From a virus (Duplodnaviria > Heunggongvirae > Uroviricota > Caudoviricetes), in IMG/VR virus record IMGVR_UViG_2606217104_000017: DNA of 6,840 bases. One strand, 5' to 3'. Position numbers and translations under genes: made by a program. Within the stretch, counting starts at the first letter, position 1. Every line of letters starts with the position of its first letter. Positions 4,718 to 6,840 of this stretch are shown in pieces. The notes under the pieces were generated by a model. The model searched no databases. It saw only the letters and a list, made by a program, of their open reading frames with translations, and was not told the DNA's origin.

Positions 4718-6838
4718 TTAAAAATCAGCCTGACTCGGGATCAGTTTTTGCCAGATAACTGAAACGTATTTTGCCTGGTAACGGGCGTCATCAAGTGCAT
4801 TATGGCGCTCACCTTCGAATGGAATAGCCGTTCTGGCATCGAAGTCTATGGCTTTCCCCAGCTCAACGATTGTGCGTACATCGCGATCGTTGTAGTAACG
4901 CCACGGGCAGGGGATCCCCTGCCGTTCGTATGAACGGCGCAAAATCGTGTTGTCGAAGTTGGCTCCATTTCCCCAGACCTGAACAAAAAATTCACCGGAG
5001 TTTTCGTCGATAAATTCCCGCAATTGTAACAGTGCATCATCTAACTGGATTTCATCGGTCATAATGGCAGATTGCGCTTCGCGTGATTGCTTAAGCCACC
5101 ATTTAATGGTGTCCCGATCAATGACTCCGCCAGCAGTTTCCAGATCGATAGTCTTACTAAATTCCGGTCCCATATCTCCGGTTTGCGGATCGAAAAATAT
5201 TGCACCTATTGAGATGATCGGGGCATCAGGATTTTTTCCCATGGTTTCAAGGTCGATCATTAGATGGTCACACGTCCTGCTGGTGGATGTGATTTCTTGA
5301 TGACCGTTCACCTTAATTGAGTGATCTGCCGTCTCGCCAGTTTCATTATCGCTGGCATGATGCTGATTGCCGCCAGTGTTCTCCTTGTGTGGATGTTCAG
5401 CGCCTTCCATTTTCTCCGGATCATCTTCCTGAACTTCAACCTGATACTCTTCATCGAATGTTTCCTGGTATGTTGCGTCGCCCATCACCGCGCCACAATC
5501 AGGGCAGTTGCCGCCGCCGGTCTGACCGCAGGCGGTGCAGACTTTTTCCACTTCCTGTTGCGCCACTGGTTCAGGCTGTTTCGTTTCTGGCTCGTTTTGT
5601 AACGCATTTGGGCTGTTTTGTTCCGCTTTTTGGTAGTTCCGTTCCGATTCATGCTGGTTCTGGTTTACAGAATCGCGGGTCTGGATCCCCTTAACCCATT
5701 TCGGATCATTCGGGTCGCTAATCCCTGCAACAAATTCTCCGCGAGAGGCAGCAAGCAACTTATCGGCGTCAGGCTGGCTGATATTGGCTGCCTGCATAAT
5801 TTTGTTTACTTCGTCAGCGGTAACTTTTACCGGCTCTGGTTGTGCGGTCGTGTCAGATGCACCAGTATTTTGTTGTGAACCTGAGTATGTACTGTTTTTG
5901 CGGGCGAAATATTCTTCTTTCGTGATTTCAGTAGCCCCGGCAGCCAGTGCCTTATCCAGACCAGAAAGTTTGTTTGCGCGACCGTATTTTTCGCCATCCT
6001 TGTCGGTGAAGAGGAAGTAGAACGGCCCCTCACGCTCTACAGATGGTTCGACTTCCACTTTGCATTCGGTTTTTTCGTTGTCCGGAATTGCCGTTTCCAC
6101 TGCATCAGTTTCTGGTACTGACGACGAGAGAGTATCAGTTGCGCTCTGATTTGTTCCTTCATCTTCAAACACGCCCTTTGTAGTCAGGTATTCAGTAATG
6201 TATTTGTTCAGTGCCACAGGGTCTTTGTGAATGTCGATCGGACGTTCACGGACAAGGCCAAAAATAGTCTGGCGGTCGTAGCGAAGGGCATCAGGCTGTT
6301 TGCGCATTGATGTCGAGATACGCTTCCAGTCTTCGCGGTCGTTGTCGATAACTTCATTTTTTGCCCAGCGATGGATGCTGCCGTCAATGTTTCCGGCATC
6401 CACATCACCAGGCCAGAGAGCGTAGGCCAGTTCGTCATCCAGTGTTTTCCATGTCTGCTTGTATTCGCGATGAATGGCAGCAATGACCGGGCTGATTTTT
6501 CCTGTTGAATTTTCAGTGTGCTGTTGATTGACTCTGGCGCGGGCGAGATCAACAACAGACGTGTATTTTCCGGTTTCCTTGCGTTCACCTTCGCGACGTT
6601 TTTTCCAGATGCGCATCTCTGCCTGAATTTCGGGCCATTTGGCACCAGGCTTACATTTATGCTTAACCCACCCGATGGCATGCAGCTTAAGCTCCGGATA
6701 CATGGCGTTAACTTCTGGCATTTTCATCAACGCTTCAACGATATGTCCGTTGAATGTTGCCATGTCTTCCTGCAACAATTCCTGTGCGCTAATAACCATA
6801 TCAACGGTGATGTTTTCACATGTGTCGAACTTAACCAT
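4718..6838 (-). CDS. Large prophage protein (706 aa) with C-terminal DnaQ-like DEDDh 3'-5' exonuclease domain, central acidic low-complexity linker with a C4 zinc ribbon, and an N-terminal region of uncertain homology; possibly 5'-partial
   Basis: The C-terminal roughly 185 residues (about 4718-5280) carry Exo I MIDLETMG (D528, E530), Exo [10 protein letters not shown] (D628) and Exo [12 protein letters not shown] (H679-x4-D684) in canonical DEDDh order. The zinc ribbon [16 protein letters not shown] (C-x2-C-x8-C-x2-C) is encoded at 5495-5539. Residues about 400-520 are strongly acidic and Q/N/E/H-rich. The ATG at 6838-6836 is only 2 nt from the window end, so the real start may lie upstream. 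Stop TAA at 4720-4718. Confidence 0.8.
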   Translation of the reverse strand: MVKFDTCENITVDMVISAQELLQEDMATFNGHIVEALMKMPEVNAMYPELKLHAIGWVKHKCKPGAKWPEIQAEMRIWKKRREGERKETGKYTSVVDLARARVNQQHTENSTGKISPVIAAIHREYKQTWKTLDDELAYALWPGDVDAGNIDGSIHRWAKNEVIDNDREDWKRISTSMRKQPDALRYDRQTIFGLVRERPIDIHKDPVALNKYITEYLTTKGVFEDEGTNQSATDTLSSSVPETDAVETAIPDNEKTECKVEVEPSVEREGPFYFLFTDKDGEKYGRANKLSGLDKALAAGATEITKEEYFARKNSTYSGSQQNTGASDTTAQPEPVKVTADEVNKIMQAANISQPDADKLLAASRGEFVAGISDPNDPKWVKGIQTRDSVNQNQHESERNYQKAEQNSPNALQNEPETKQPEPVAQQEVEKVCTACGQTGGGNCPDCGAVMGDATYQETFDEEYQVEVQEDDPEKMEGAEHPHKENTGGNQHHASDNETGETADHSIKVNGHQEITSTSRTCDHLMIDLETMGKNPDAPIISIGAIFFDPQTGDMGPEFSKTIDLETAGGVIDRDTIKWWLKQSREAQSAIMTDEIQLDDALLQLREFIDENSGEFFVQVWGNGANFDNTILRRSYERQGIPCPWRYYNDRDVRTIVELGKAIDFDARTAIPFEGERHNALDDARYQAKYVSVIWQKLIPSQADF

Positions 6839-6840
6839 GA

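Larger units (their letters stand above)
3369..6840 (-). mobile_element. Left end (attL / int-xis / early-left region) of a lambdoid prophage inserted at the 3' end of tRNA-Ser; continues beyond the window
   Basis: A lambda-type integrase ends 62 bp from the tRNA-Ser 3' end and is transcribed toward it, preceded by a coupled xis-like gene and a large nuclease-domain gene on the same strand. This is the standard lambdoid prophage left-end architecture. Confidence 0.75.

Noticed and set aside
4846-6681. Multiple ORFs (4846-5040, 5064-5300, 5317-5694, 5321-5602, 5618-5878, 5784-6020, 5827-6033, 6208-6681) within the 706-aa gene
   Set aside because: All are alternative-frame or antisense ORFs inside one long uninterrupted frame that ends in a clear DEDDh exonuclease domain. 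Several arise from the low-complexity acidic linker, whose reverse complement is naturally stop-poor.
4718-6838. Calling the 706-aa protein RecE / exodeoxyribonuclease VIII
   Set aside because: The C-terminal catalytic domain shows DEDDh (DnaQ-like) motifs rather than the PD-(D/E)xK nuclease of RecE. Any RecE relationship is limited to a possible non-catalytic region and is unverified, so the name would assert the wrong activity.

Overview
This window reads as an Enterobacteriaceae (E. coli/Shigella-type) chromosomal tRNA integration hotspot. A conserved core of about 1.1 kb (2212-3368: tRNA-Asn(GUU), mtfA, tRNA-Ser(CGA)) is bracketed by two different integrative elements. Left (1-2211): the integrase-proximal end of a tRNA-Asn-associated island with an apparently intact P4-family tyrosine integrase (758-2032, minus), interrupted 122 bp beyond the integrase stop by an IS3-family (IS629/IS1203-like) insertion sequence whose transposase OrfB 3' part occupies 1-594 and whose right inverted repeat ends at 636. 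Right (3369-6840): the attL/int end of a lambdoid prophage at the 3' end of tRNA-Ser, with a lambda-type integrase (3431-4456, minus), a translationally coupled small excisionase-like gene (4456-4659, minus) and a 706-aa protein (4718-6838, minus). That protein is the most interesting object here: it has a C-terminal DnaQ-like DEDDh 3'-5' exonuclease domain, a C4 zinc ribbon and a long acidic linker, in the position normally held by phage recombination exonucleases. Other points worth a second look are a Lys in place of the conserved box-II Arg of the lambda-type integrase, tandem repeats at attL that overlap the integrase C-terminus, and a triplicated 9-bp motif upstream of the P4-type integrase. 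No rRNA or CRISPR array is present. All calls come from reading the sequence and from recalled family knowledge; no database search was run.
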